This document shows positions 17,168-26,885 of a stretch of 64,000 nt of DNA, piece after piece. Position numbers and translations under genes: made by a program. Below the pieces are notes generated by a model that worked only from the letters and a program-made list of their open reading frames with translations, was not told the DNA's origin and did not search any database. Every line of letters begins with the position of its first letter. Position 1 is the stretch's first letter. Origin of the DNA: Clostridia bacterium (GTDB lineage: Bacteria; Bacillota; Clostridia; Christensenellales; CAG-314); assembly GCA_036654455.1 (NCBI GenBank), contig JAVVRZ010000001.1, forward strand, positions 343,332 to 407,331, given 5' to 3'.

Positions 17168-19633
17168 TTACTCGTTTACATACCGAATTGCATTAATTAA
17201 ATTTAGAGCTTTCTTGCACGATTTAGGTAATTTACCCTTGCCGGTGCGAGATTCTTTGGACATTTCGGCGCTTGTAATTGCTAAGGTGTTTGCCACGTCC
17301 TCGACTACAAAGGAAATTTGTTGGGTAAAGTAACCCGCAGTTAAGACCGCCGAGCCGTTTGAACCTTGAAGGTCAAAAATTTTAACCCCTTTGCGATAAC
17401 GGGTAAGCATTGGCAAATCTACGCAAGGCGTACGCTTGACATAACACTTGTTAGAAATAAGAGCTATTTCGCCCTCGGGGGTAATTTGTCCCGCAAAAAC
17501 AATGGTATCGCCTTCGCCTAGCATCATACCTTTTACTCCGCCTGCAACCCTACCTTGAATTGGAATTTCGCTTGTTGCAAAGTTCAAACACATACCGCTA
17601 GACGACACATAGAACACGCTAGCTTGCGGAATTTCTACCTCGACATTGATTACATCGTCGTCCTCTTTGCCCTTGTAGCCCACAAAGGAAGCCTTTAACA
17701 AGAGATATTCTTCAATCGACGTGCGTTTAACCAAACCAAGCCTTGTAAACACTAGCAGATTGAGGTCGGTTGACAATTCGTCTAGTTGCAAAACTTTGAC
17801 GACTTTTTCTTCCGGCAAACCGCCAAAAGCTTCGACAAGCGTCATAGCGTCGTCACGATATTTAGTTTCTTTTATCCGCCCAGCTTCGAGTTGATAACAA
17901 TTACCAAAGTTAGTGAAAAATAGAACTTTACGGTTTGTTATAGTCTGCAAAATTTGACTACATAAACAAGGAAGGCTTGCTTTGTCGGTGTTATCTTTGT
18001 TGCTAAGCGAATAATTTCTACTGCTTACACGCTTAATTAAACCTTGACTTGTAACGCATATTACGGTGTTTTCAACAGGAATTTCGTTGCTAATTACTTT
18101 AACTTGCGCATAATCGGCGTTATCGATTACTATACTCTTGCGGTCATATTTGTAAGCCTTTTTTATTGCGATAAGTTCGTCTTTAAGTAGCTGCATTAAC
18201 GCCTTTGGCGAACGAACAATTTCTTCGAGTCGAGCGATAAGCTTTTGCAACAATTCAAGTTCCTCTTTCAATTTGTCAACTTCTAAGCGTGTTAGCCTAG
18301 CAAGACGCAAATCAAGTATGGCTTGGGCTTGCCTATCGGTTAGCTCAAATCTTACACGTAGCTTTTGCTTTGCCTCGTTTGTCGAAGAAGAAGAACGTAT
18401 TATACGTACGACTTCGTCAATATTTGTTACGGCAATTACCAAACCTTCAAGAATATGCGCTCTGCCACGTGCTTCTTCAAGCTCAAATTTACTTCTTGCA
18501 AGCACAACGGCACGTTGATAGTTAGTGTAATAAGCAATAATGTCAAGCAAACCCATAAGTTGAGGTTTGCCGTCGGCGATTGCTACCATATTAATATTAA
18601 AATTACATTGAAGATTGGTACATTTAAACAATATATCAAGAATTTGTTGACAATTAAAGTCTTTGCGAACTTTTATTACCGCTCGCATACCTTCTTTATC
18701 GCTTTCGTCGATAATTTCGGCAATGCCGGCAAGCTTATCTTTCTTATCTTCTTTAACTTTAAGAATATCAACAAGAAGGGCGCTCTTATTTACTTGAAAA
18801 GGTAGCTCGGTAATTACAATTTGTTCTCTACCGTTGTCAAGACGCTCTATATTACATTTAGCCCGCATAACTACTTTGCCACGCCCTGTTTCGTAAGCGC
18901 TAATTAGTCCCTCGCCACCTATGCAATATCCCCCCGTTGGAAAGTCAGGGCCTGTTATATACTTCATAAGTTGAGGCAGGGTTATTTTACTATTGTCGAT
19001 ATAAGCGATTACTCCGTTAATTACTTCGCTAAGATTGTGCGGAGGAATTGAGGTTGCAAGCCCTACGGCAATACCGCTTGCGCCGTTTACAAGAAGATTA
19101 GGAAACCTACCGGGTAACATATCGGGTTCTTTGGTTGAGTCGTCAAAATTGCGTGAAAAATGTACGGTTTCTTTGTCGATATCTTTGAGAAGTTCCATAG
19201 AAAGCTCGCTTAGCCTTGCCTCTGTATAACGCATAGCTGCCGGTCCGTCGCCGTCTACCGAGCCAAAATTGCCTTGACCTTCGACAAGCGGACAATTTAA
19301 ATTAAAACCTTGCGCCATACGCACCATTGCGTTATAAACCGAGCCGTCGCCGTGAGGGTGGTATTTGCCCAAACATTCGCCGACAATACGCGCGCTTTTT
19401 TTGAAAGTTTTGTCGGGAGTAAGACCTAAATCATACATTGCGTAAAGAATACGGCGTTGAACGGGTTTGAGTCCGTCCTCTACACGGGGAATTGCCCTAT
19501 CCATAATTACATACTCGGCATAAGGCATCATTGATTGCTTCATAACCGTTTCCATATCCTTAGTAATAAGGTTAGAACCGTCCGGAAGTTTCTCTATTTC
19601 TGGGTTAATGCTATCTATATCAATCTGTTCCAT
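17168..19633 (-). CDS. Type IIA DNA topoisomerase subunit A (GyrA/ParC family; no GyrA box seen, so possibly topoisomerase IV ParC)
   Basis: 821 aa with [46 protein letters not shown] and a beta-pinwheel C-terminal domain. I found no QRRGGKG-type motif. Confidence 0.9.
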   Translation of the reverse strand: MEQIDIDSINPEIEKLPDGSNLITKDMETVMKQSMMPYAEYVIMDRAIPRVEDGLKPVQRRILYAMYDLGLTPDKTFKKSARIVGECLGKYHPHGDGSVYNAMVRMAQGFNLNCPLVEGQGNFGSVDGDGPAAMRYTEARLSELSMELLKDIDKETVHFSRNFDDSTKEPDMLPGRFPNLLVNGASGIAVGLATSIPPHNLSEVINGVIAYIDNSKITLPQLMKYITGPDFPTGGYCIGGEGLISAYETGRGKVVMRAKCNIERLDNGREQIVITELPFQVNKSALLVDILKVKEDKKDKLAGIAEIIDESDKEGMRAVIKVRKDFNCQQILDILFKCTNLQCNFNINMVAIADGKPQLMGLLDIIAYYTNYQRAVVLARSKFELEEARGRAHILEGLVIAVTNIDEVVRIIRSSSSTNEAKQKLRVRFELTDRQAQAILDLRLARLTRLEVDKLKEELELLQKLIARLEEIVRSPKALMQLLKDELIAIKKAYKYDRKSIVIDNADYAQVKVISNEIPVENTVICVTSQGLIKRVSSRNYSLSNKDNTDKASLPCLCSQILQTITNRKVLFFTNFGNCYQLEAGRIKETKYRDDAMTLVEAFGGLPEEKVVKVLQLDELSTDLNLLVFTRLGLVKRTSIEEYLLLKASFVGYKGKEDDDVINVEVEIPQASVFYVSSSGMCLNFATSEIPIQGRVAGGVKGMMLGEGDTIVFAGQITPEGEIALISNKCYVKRTPCVDLPMLTRYRKGVKIFDLQGSNGSAVLTAGYFTQQISFVVEDVANTLAITSAEMSKESRTGKGKLPKSCKKALNLINAIRYVNE

Positions 19634-19680
19634 AATAATTTCCTTTTAAATATTTATTAATCTTTGGCAATCTAATCTAA

Positions 19681-21654
19681 CTATACAAATTCTTCAAATA
19701 CTACGTCGGCATTTTTGTTAAAGTCGGCGTGTTCTATAATAAAGTCACGCCTTGCGTCGACCTTGTCGCCCATAAGCATAGTGACCATACGGTCAGCTTC
19801 GGCGGCGTCGTCGATAGTGACTCGCATAAGAATACGGCGAGCTGGGTCCATAGTAGTATCCCAAAGTTGTTCGGGGTTCATTTCCCCTAGCCCCTTGTAA
19901 CGAGAAAGTTCGGGATTACGCCCAAAATCATTCATAATAACGGCAAGTTCCTTGTCGTCATAAGCGTAAAGAACTTTATCTTTTTTGCTGACACGATATA
20001 GCGGTGGCATACCTATATAAACGTGCCCTTCTTGAAGCAAATCTTTCATAAAACGGAAGAAGAAAGTTAACAAAATTGCTCTAATATGCGCTCCGTCTTG
20101 GTCGGCGTCCGAAAGAATAATAATTTTATCATATTTTAAGCTGGTGATATCAAAGTCTTCGCCGATAGAAGTATCAAGCGCCGAGATAATCGAGCGATAT
20201 TCTTCGTTTTCCAACACCTTGTCTAGCCTACTGCGTTCGGCGTTAAGCGGTTTGCCACGTAAAGGCAAAATTGCTTGAAATTTCTTATCCCTTGCTTGTT
20301 TTGCCGAACCGCCGGCGCTATCGCCCTCAACAATAAATAATTCGTTACGAGTAAAGTCTTTGCCCGTACAACTAGAAAGTTTGCCAACTAAATTGCTATT
20401 TGCAATAGTGTTTTTTGTGCGAGCGATATCTTTTGCGTGACGAGCCGCCTCTCTTGCGTTAGCGGAAGCTATTGACTTTTTGAGAATAACATCGGCAACG
20501 TCGGGATAAGCGTCAAGCTGCTTGGTAAATAAATCATTAAAAATTTGTTCAACTGCGGGTTTTGCCTCTGCATTGCCTAATTTTGTCTTAGTTTGCCCCT
20601 CAAATTGAATATTTGTCATACGAACTGACAACACGCAAGTAATGCCCTCTCGAAAGTCTTCGCCAAGTAAATTTTCGTCTTTGTCTTTGAGAAAACCTTT
20701 TTTACGGGCGTATGCGTTAAGAATTTTAGTTAAAATATTCTTAAAACCTGTTTCGTGCATACCGCCTTCGGGAGTAGGAATATTGTTGACATAACTAACC
20801 AACGTTTCTGCGTAAGAATTAGTATATTGAATAGCGTAAGACAAATCTAAGGTTTCGTTTCTACCTTCGTCGGCAAGAATTTTTAGGTGTAGCGGAATTT
20901 TATTCTCGTTTAAGTCTTTAACAAAGTCGACTAGACCGCCGTCAAATTGAAATGTCTTAGTTAAAGCAAGTCCGTCGTCGTCGGTTTCTCTCAAATCGGT
21001 AATTACAAATTTTATGCCTTTGTTAAGGTAAGCAAGTTCCTTAACACGCTTAAAAACTGTTTCGATGTTAAAAGAAACGTTGGTAAATACTCGTTTGTCG
21101 GCTAAAAATTTGACCTTCGTGCCTTTTAATTTAGACTCGCCTCTTTTTTCAAGCGGAGCAAGCGGAATGCCCGAAAGAATCTTTTTATTATCTTTTGGGT
21201 CGGGATAAGAAGCGAATTTTTGATAGTAAGCGTAGCCGTCCTTATAGACTTCAACTTCAAGATATTCCGCAAGAGCGTTAACTACCGAAGCGCCAACGCC
21301 GTGTAACCCGCCCGAAAAAGCGTAACTGCCATTATTAAATTTACCGCCTGCGTGAAGCTGAGTATAAACTACTTCAACCGCCGAAACACCAAGTTGAGGG
21401 TGAATATCTACGGGAATACCACGACCATTGTCAAATACTTCGACAGACTCATCGGCATTGATTGTAATTGTAATTAAGTCGGCGTAACCGTTTGCGCCCT
21501 CGTCTACGGCATTATCTACTATCTCCCACAGCAAATGGTGCAGTCCACGACTGCTAGTAGTGCCTATATACATACCCGGACGCATACGCACTGCGTCGAG
21601 TCCCTCTAAAATTTGAATATCCTTTGCCTCATATTGACCGCCTTGAATTGTCAT
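19681..21654 (-). CDS. Type IIA DNA topoisomerase subunit B (GyrB/ParE family)
   Basis: 657 aa with ILEGLDAVRMRPGMYIG, GLHHLLWEIVDNAVDE, GGLHGVGASVVNA, EGDSAGGSAKQARD and PLRGK. Confidence 0.9.
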   Translation of the reverse strand: MTIQGGQYEAKDIQILEGLDAVRMRPGMYIGTTSSRGLHHLLWEIVDNAVDEGANGYADLITITINADESVEVFDNGRGIPVDIHPQLGVSAVEVVYTQLHAGGKFNNGSYAFSGGLHGVGASVVNALAEYLEVEVYKDGYAYYQKFASYPDPKDNKKILSGIPLAPLEKRGESKLKGTKVKFLADKRVFTNVSFNIETVFKRVKELAYLNKGIKFVITDLRETDDDGLALTKTFQFDGGLVDFVKDLNENKIPLHLKILADEGRNETLDLSYAIQYTNSYAETLVSYVNNIPTPEGGMHETGFKNILTKILNAYARKKGFLKDKDENLLGEDFREGITCVLSVRMTNIQFEGQTKTKLGNAEAKPAVEQIFNDLFTKQLDAYPDVADVILKKSIASANAREAARHAKDIARTKNTIANSNLVGKLSSCTGKDFTRNELFIVEGDSAGGSAKQARDKKFQAILPLRGKPLNAERSRLDKVLENEEYRSIISALDTSIGEDFDITSLKYDKIIILSDADQDGAHIRAILLTFFFRFMKDLLQEGHVYIGMPPLYRVSKKDKVLYAYDDKELAVIMNDFGRNPELSRYKGLGEMNPEQLWDTTMDPARRILMRVTIDDAAEADRMVTMLMGDKVDARRDFIIEHADFNKNADVVFEEFV

Positions 21655-21692
21655 ATTTAGCCCTCCAAATTAATCTATAAATTTACAATTAT

Positions 21693-21721
21693 ATTATAAC
21701 ACTTTTTAGTATACTATGCAA
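21693..21721 (-). promoter_or_regulatory. Sigma-70-type promoter (extended -10) for the topoisomerase operon
   Basis: Minus strand reads TTGCAT, 17 nt, TGtTATAAT. Confidence 0.5.
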
Positions 21722-21953
21722 GAGTAAAAATGAATAAAAATACATCAATTTTTGCCTAAAATTACCACAATAGTAATTTTATATAGTTTTTATGTATATT
21801 TATTTATAATTTGTATATTTTATTTGTTATTTTTTATCGAATTTGCAGTGTATAAATATTCATAAGCAAAATTATAACTATTCTTTCGCTTTTTATACAT
21901 ATTTTGACACATAAATATCTTGTTTAACTCATTTTAAAAAAACCTAACTTCTA

Positions 21954-21982
21954 TTGACTTAACTTTACTAAAATGATAAAAT
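21954..21982 (+). promoter_or_regulatory. Sigma-70-type promoter (extended -10) for the HAD phosphatase gene
   Basis: TTGACT, 17 nt, TGaTAAAAT. Confidence 0.5.
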
Positions 21983-22004
21983 ATATTTATTAAAGGGAGA
22001 ATTT

Positions 22005-22766
22005 ATGAACGACATTAAGCTATATTTGCTAGATATGGACGGCACAATTTACATTGGCGATAAGTTGATTGCAGGCGCAAAAGAAAAAATTGAAGAAATT
22101 AGACAAAAGGCAAAACTTTGCTTTGTAACCAACAACTCATCTAAAAACCCTACTCAATATATTGAAAAACTTTCAAAAATGGGTATTGACATTAGCAAAG
22201 ACGAAATATATACCTCGGGCGACGCTACTATCGAATATCTTAAAGAAAACTATGCTGGCAAAAGCGTTTACCTTGTTGGAAATAAAGAGTTGGCTCAACA
22301 ATTTGAACAGAGCGGAATTATACTTAGCGAGCAAGCAAATATTGTCGTACTCGGCTACGATACCGAGCTGACCTACCAAAAATTGCTAATCGCCACGACA
22401 AAAATTGCGCAAGGGGCAACCTATATAGCTACTCACCCCGACTTTGTTTGCCCTTGTAGCCCGGTCTATGCGCCCGACGTAGGCTCTTTTATTGCCCTTC
22501 TTCAAAAAAGCGCCAACAGACTGCCTGACGTTATTTGCGGTAAACCCGATAAAATTATGGGCGAATGTATAAAAAGAAAATTTAAATTAGACAACGCTTC
22601 TATCGCTTTTATTGGCGACAGATTGTATACGGACATTTTATTTGGCAACAACAACGGCTTTACCTCAATTCTTGTGTTTAGCGGAGAAACAACCAAACAA
22701 GATTATTTGGCTAGTTCGATACGTTCTTCTATTACGCTTGAAAGCATAGCCGAATTAGTAGTTTAA
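22005..22766 (+). CDS. HAD-superfamily hydrolase, subfamily IIA (NagD-like sugar phosphatase)
   Basis: 253 aa with the motifs LLDMDGTIY, CFVTNNSS and FIGDRLYTDILFG. Confidence 0.75.
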   Translation: MNDIKLYLLDMDGTIYIGDKLIAGAKEKIEEIRQKAKLCFVTNNSSKNPTQYIEKLSKMGIDISKDEIYTSGDATIEYLKENYAGKSVYLVGNKELAQQFEQSGIILSEQANIVVLGYDTELTYQKLLIATTKIAQGATYIATHPDFVCPCSPVYAPDVGSFIALLQKSANRLPDVICGKPDKIMGECIKRKFKLDNASIAFIGDRLYTDILFGNNNGFTSILVFSGETTKQDYLASSIRSSITLESIAELVV

Positions 22767-22860
22767 GGGCGTAATATAACGCATCAACCAAACGCATCAA
22801 TATTTTTTATAGTTAAACTGGGAGCAAAAAGCCCTATTGAAAACAAAAGGAGTAAAAATA

Positions 22861-24366
22861 ATGAAAAGATATATTTTAGCGCTTGACGAAGGCACTACAA
22901 GCGCAAGAACGCTTCTTTACGACACGATTGAAAACAAAATTGTTGAAATGTCTAGCCGAGAATATGACTTAATCTATCCTAAAAATGGTTATGTCGAACA
23001 AGACGCCAACGAAGTTTGGGCTAATCAATTTGCGAGTCTTAACCAAACAATAGCCCAAAGCGGTATTAATCTTGAAGAAGTCTATGGCATTGGCATCACT
23101 AACCAAAGAGAAACCATTGTAGTTTGGGATAAACATAGCGGAAAACCTATTTATAACGCCATTGTGTGGCAGTGCAAAAGAACAGCCGAATTTTGCGACA
23201 AAATAAAACAAGACGACTACTGGCGAGAAACTATCTTAAACAAAACCGGACTGATAATCGACTCTTATTTTTCGGCAAGTAAAATTAAATGGATATTGGA
23301 TAACGTCGCAGGCGCAAGAAAAAAGGCAAATGCGGGGCAACTTATGTGCGGAACTATTGACACTTACATCATTTATAAGTTGACGCTAGGTAAAGTATTT
23401 GTAACCGACCCTTCTAATGCAAGCCGAACTATGTTGTTTAATATCAACACACTTGACTGGGACGACGAATTGCTAAATTACTTTGGCATACCTCGTTTAA
23501 TGCTACCTAAAATAGTAGATAGCAATCAAGTAGTCGGGCAAACCGAGGTGTTAAAGTCCCCTATTACAATTTGCGGTATTGCAGGCGACCAACAAAGCGC
23601 TCTATTTGGACAAGCTTGTTTTGAACAAGGCAATGCAAAGATTACTTATGGAACAGGCTGTTTTATCTTAATGAATACCGGCGATAAACCAAAAATATCT
23701 AGTAAATTGCTTACAACGATAGCTTGGAGAATAAACGGCGTAACAACTTACGCTCTCGAAGGTAGTATATTTAACGGCGGTAGTAGCATCACTTGGCTTA
23801 GAGATAATCTCGATTTTTTCCGTGCAAGTAGCGAAAGCGAACACTGGGCTAAAAAAGCTAAAAATTGCGACGGCACAGCCGGAACTGACGGGGTATATGT
23901 TGTGCCGGCTTTTACCGGTATGGGAGCGCCCTACTGGAACCAAAACGCAAGAGGCACAATAATAGGCATAACTCGCGCGACGACGAAAGCGCATATAACT
24001 AGGGCTACGTTAGAGGCTATGGCGTATTCTGTTAAGGATATTATCGGTAATATGGAAGCCGACAGCGGTATAAAAACTATACAAATCGCAGTCGACGGCG
24101 GTGTTTCGGCAAACAATTTCCTTATGCAATTTCAAGCCGATATGCTCAGCGTCAATGTTATTAGACCAACAAGCACCGAAGCTACGGCGCTTGGCGCAGT
24201 TTATCTATGCGGACTAGGTCTAGGGGTATATAAGGACATAGAACAAATAAAAAAACTCTGGCTTAAAGATAAGACTTTTAAACCTACTATGGAACAAACA
24301 CAAGTCGATTGCCTCTACAAAAAATGGCAAAAAGCAGTAGAACGAAGCCTTGATTGGGAAGAATAA
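22861..24366 (+). CDS. glpK: Glycerol kinase
   Basis: Start MKRYILALDEGTTSART, with AAGGAG 7 nt upstream of ATG 22861. The track TTG at 22837 is an upstream extension. FGGY kinase motifs GIGITNQRET, GDQQSALFGQ and AVDGGVSANNFLMQFQAD are present. Confidence 0.9.
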   Translation: MKRYILALDEGTTSARTLLYDTIENKIVEMSSREYDLIYPKNGYVEQDANEVWANQFASLNQTIAQSGINLEEVYGIGITNQRETIVVWDKHSGKPIYNAIVWQCKRTAEFCDKIKQDDYWRETILNKTGLIIDSYFSASKIKWILDNVAGARKKANAGQLMCGTIDTYIIYKLTLGKVFVTDPSNASRTMLFNINTLDWDDELLNYFGIPRLMLPKIVDSNQVVGQTEVLKSPITICGIAGDQQSALFGQACFEQGNAKITYGTGCFILMNTGDKPKISSKLLTTIAWRINGVTTYALEGSIFNGGSSITWLRDNLDFFRASSESEHWAKKAKNCDGTAGTDGVYVVPAFTGMGAPYWNQNARGTIIGITRATTKAHITRATLEAMAYSVKDIIGNMEADSGIKTIQIAVDGGVSANNFLMQFQADMLSVNVIRPTSTEATALGAVYLCGLGLGVYKDIEQIKKLWLKDKTFKPTMEQTQVDCLYKKWQKAVERSLDWEE

Positions 24367-24532
24367 TCTAAATTACAAATAATTATCACAAGCAAAATTT
24401 ATTGCGTTAAGTTTAACTAATAAATATCTTTTTGCTTAATAAATATTTGTACGCTATTGGGTTTATATTTTACAAATTGACAAAAAATACTATATTAGTA
24501 AAAATATCTTAAATATTTATTCGTTAAAGATA

Positions 24533-24561
24533 TTGACAGTCAAAGTACGACAAGCTATAAT
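24533..24561 (+). promoter_or_regulatory. Consensus sigma-70-type promoter
   Basis: TTGACA (24533-24538), 17 nt, TATAAT (24556-24561). Confidence 0.6.
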
Positions 24562-24592
24562 CTAGACATATTAAATTTGGAGGTAAACTTCT

Positions 24593-24931
24593 ATGAGTGA
24601 AACAAAAGCGTCGGTCAAACTATTCGACATATTAGCTAAGATAGTTGCGGTATTATATGTGTTAGTACTTGCAATAGAGATTTTCAACGGCGTATGGCCC
24701 TTTATTAAAGGCGAACACGCAGAGCTAATACTTAAAATATTCTTCTACACTAAGATGTACGCAGGTCTTGCTCTTGCCGGATTAGTTGTAATGGAATTTG
24801 CAATGGGGCGTAACTTTATCATAAAGATAATCATTCTTGCGCTACTTGCAGTTATTGTTATCGCTTCTTTTTTCAGCGATACTTGGGGACAAATCGTAGA
24901 CTTTGTAAACAAAACTGCATTAGGTAAATAA
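24593..24931 (+). CDS. Small integral membrane protein (about 3 TM helices), function unknown
   Basis: 112 aa with a GGAGG RBS, flanked by a consensus promoter and a strong terminator. Confidence 0.6.
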   Translation: MSETKASVKLFDILAKIVAVLYVLVLAIEIFNGVWPFIKGEHAELILKIFFYTKMYAGLALAGLVVMEFAMGRNFIIKIIILALLAVIVIASFFSDTWGQIVDFVNKTALGK

Positions 24932-24942
24932 TACATATTTTT

Positions 24943-24976
24943 TACGCCTACATTAATATGTAGGCGTAATTTTTTT
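24943..24976 (+). terminator. Rho-independent terminator
   Basis: tacgcctacat pairs with atgtaggcgta (11 bp) around the loop taat, followed by ATTTTTTT. Confidence 0.75.
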
Positions 24977-25028
24977 GCATTTTTTAATTTAACTCTATAT
25001 TTTTTTAAAAATTTACTTAAAACCTAAA

Positions 25029-25409
25029 CTAGGCTAAAAACTTATATTTTAAGATAGATTGACAAAGCTCTATCCATTGACAGTCCTTGCAAAGGTCAAG
25101 TTTGTCGGCGTTAATTAGGTCGGCTATAATCGACTTTATTGCCATAATTTTGTATACTTGCCCTATTTTTAGCGTTGTTTTATCCAAAATAGCTTGGTCA
25201 TAACACTTACTTTTGCCAGAATTGCAAATTCCTTCTATTAAATTTGGACAGCAAGAACATAAATTATCTTTGCCCATAACTAAGGTAAATTCTTCGCCTG
25301 ACTGTAATTTTTTAAGAACGGTTGCGGTATTTAAGGTAAATTGTTGGTCGTAACCTTTTCCCACAAAAAATTGTAGACATAGTAAGTGATGCGGTCTAAG
25401 AAAAATCAT
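25029..25409 (-). CDS. DUF1284-like Cys-rich protein
   Basis: 126 aa starting MIFLRPHHLLCLQFFVGKGYD, with CSCCPNL...C...C. The start lies 1 nt after the YfcC stop. Confidence 0.55.
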   Translation of the reverse strand: MIFLRPHHLLCLQFFVGKGYDQQFTLNTATVLKKLQSGEEFTLVMGKDNLCSCCPNLIEGICNSGKSKCYDQAILDKTTLKIGQVYKIMAIKSIIADLINADKLDLCKDCQWIELCQSILKYKFLA

Positions 25410-25410
25410 A

Positions 25411-26859
25411 CTATACTCCTATCGCTTGACCTAGTAAAAGTAACCCCGAAGTTACTACAAGCACAATGATTATATAAACTAAGTTGCGTTTAATCCATTG
25501 ACCGTAGCTAATATTCGACATTGACAAACCTATTAGTAGCACTGCGTTAGTGGGGAAAAACATATTTGTAAACCCATCGCCAAAGACAAAGGCGAGAATA
25601 GCTAAATTTATACTAATACCTATCGGCGTAGGCGAATCTATACATAAAAATTGTAATATAGGCATAATAAGATAAGCTTTTGCCGAACCGCTACTGATAA
25701 AAAATTCTAAAAGTAGCACAATGCCGTAAATTGCAAGCACGCATAAATAAGGATTAACGCCTACAAGGCTAATGGTTAGCGAATTCATAATTGTATCAAG
25801 AATTTTGCCTTCTACCGCAATGTATTTAACCGAACTTGCCATAAGCAGTATAAGTACGCCCGGAAGCATAGCAAATATGCCTTTTCCAAAGTATTTTAAA
25901 GTCAAACCAACTTTTTTTGTAACAATAATTCCACAACTCAAAGAACCAAACAAGAAAACAACCATAATCAATACCATTGTTAGTCCTTGTTCTACAATTA
26001 CCGGTATTGCCGAAGCAAGAATCATTACTGTTATTACGCTTATAAAAAATATTATGAAAGTTAAAAATATCTTTCTTTCGTTAGCTTGCTCAAACTCGTT
26101 TAAGTCAAGGGCGCTTTGCGAATTAGTAGGGTCTAGCTTATCGGTAGCTACTTCGTGGCGCTTTGCCATAAAGCTAACGAAAAATGAAGTTAACACCCAC
26201 ATCAAAACAAAAATAATCAACCTAAACCATATAGCGGAAAGCATACTACCGCCTACTATTTGATACGCTATGCCAATGGTAAAAGGGTTAAAAAGCGGAC
26301 AAGAAAAACCTATGCCAGAAGCAAGCACCGACATAGAAAGCGCAGTTGTAGTATCCCAATTCATACTGCGAGCTACAATAAACATAAGCGGAAGTAGCAC
26401 AAGAGTTTCTTCAAAAATACCAAACAAAGAAGAAATCAACATAAAAAAGAGTACGACAGCCCAAATAAGCAAATCTTTTTTTGAGGAGAACTTTTTAATA
26501 AGTCTTAACGCTAAGACTTTTATCCCTCCGGTTGATTCAATAATTGAGAATGCGCCCGCAAGCACAAGCAAGAGTATAGATATTACTATTATATTAAGCG
26601 AATCGCTACTTGCAAGCACTAAAATCGGCGCAAATATCCACTTTACAATAGATATTCCGCTTTCGCCAGCCAGTGGCATATAACTGTTGGGTACAATTTG
26701 TTCTTTACCATTGACAATGGTACGCAAAAATGTCCCACGAGGCACAATATATGTAAGCGTGCCTGCAAGAATAATTAAAGCTAGCAATATACACATTACG
26801 CTGATAAAAGACTTAGTGGATATTGCAATAGCTAATTTCGGCTTTGTTGTTTTGTTCAT
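25411..26859 (-). CDS. YfcC/DcuC-family membrane transporter
   Basis: 482 aa, polytopic, with an N-terminus like YfcC family members (ILLALIILAGTLTYIVPRGTF) and a GGAGG RBS. Confidence 0.6.
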   Translation of the reverse strand: MNKTTKPKLAIAISTKSFISVMCILLALIILAGTLTYIVPRGTFLRTIVNGKEQIVPNSYMPLAGESGISIVKWIFAPILVLASSDSLNIIVISILLLVLAGAFSIIESTGGIKVLALRLIKKFSSKKDLLIWAVVLFFMLISSLFGIFEETLVLLPLMFIVARSMNWDTTTALSMSVLASGIGFSCPLFNPFTIGIAYQIVGGSMLSAIWFRLIIFVLMWVLTSFFVSFMAKRHEVATDKLDPTNSQSALDLNEFEQANERKIFLTFIIFFISVITVMILASAIPVIVEQGLTMVLIMVVFLFGSLSCGIIVTKKVGLTLKYFGKGIFAMLPGVLILLMASSVKYIAVEGKILDTIMNSLTISLVGVNPYLCVLAIYGIVLLLEFFISSGSAKAYLIMPILQFLCIDSPTPIGISINLAILAFVFGDGFTNMFFPTNAVLLIGLSMSNISYGQWIKRNLVYIIIVLVVTSGLLLLGQAIGV

Positions 26860-26885
26860 TTACCCCTCCTTATTTTTGCCAAAAC

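Noticed and set aside
22837-22860. TTG-initiated 8-codon extension of glpK
   Set aside because: The extension contains the AAGGAG RBS that serves ATG 22861. The MKRYILALDEGTTS start matches glycerol kinase N-termini.
25772-26683. Two long plus-strand ORFs (163 and 137 aa) opposite the YfcC transporter gene
   Set aside because: These are antisense shadow ORFs of a long membrane-protein gene. They have no RBS and low-complexity hydrophobic or odd composition.
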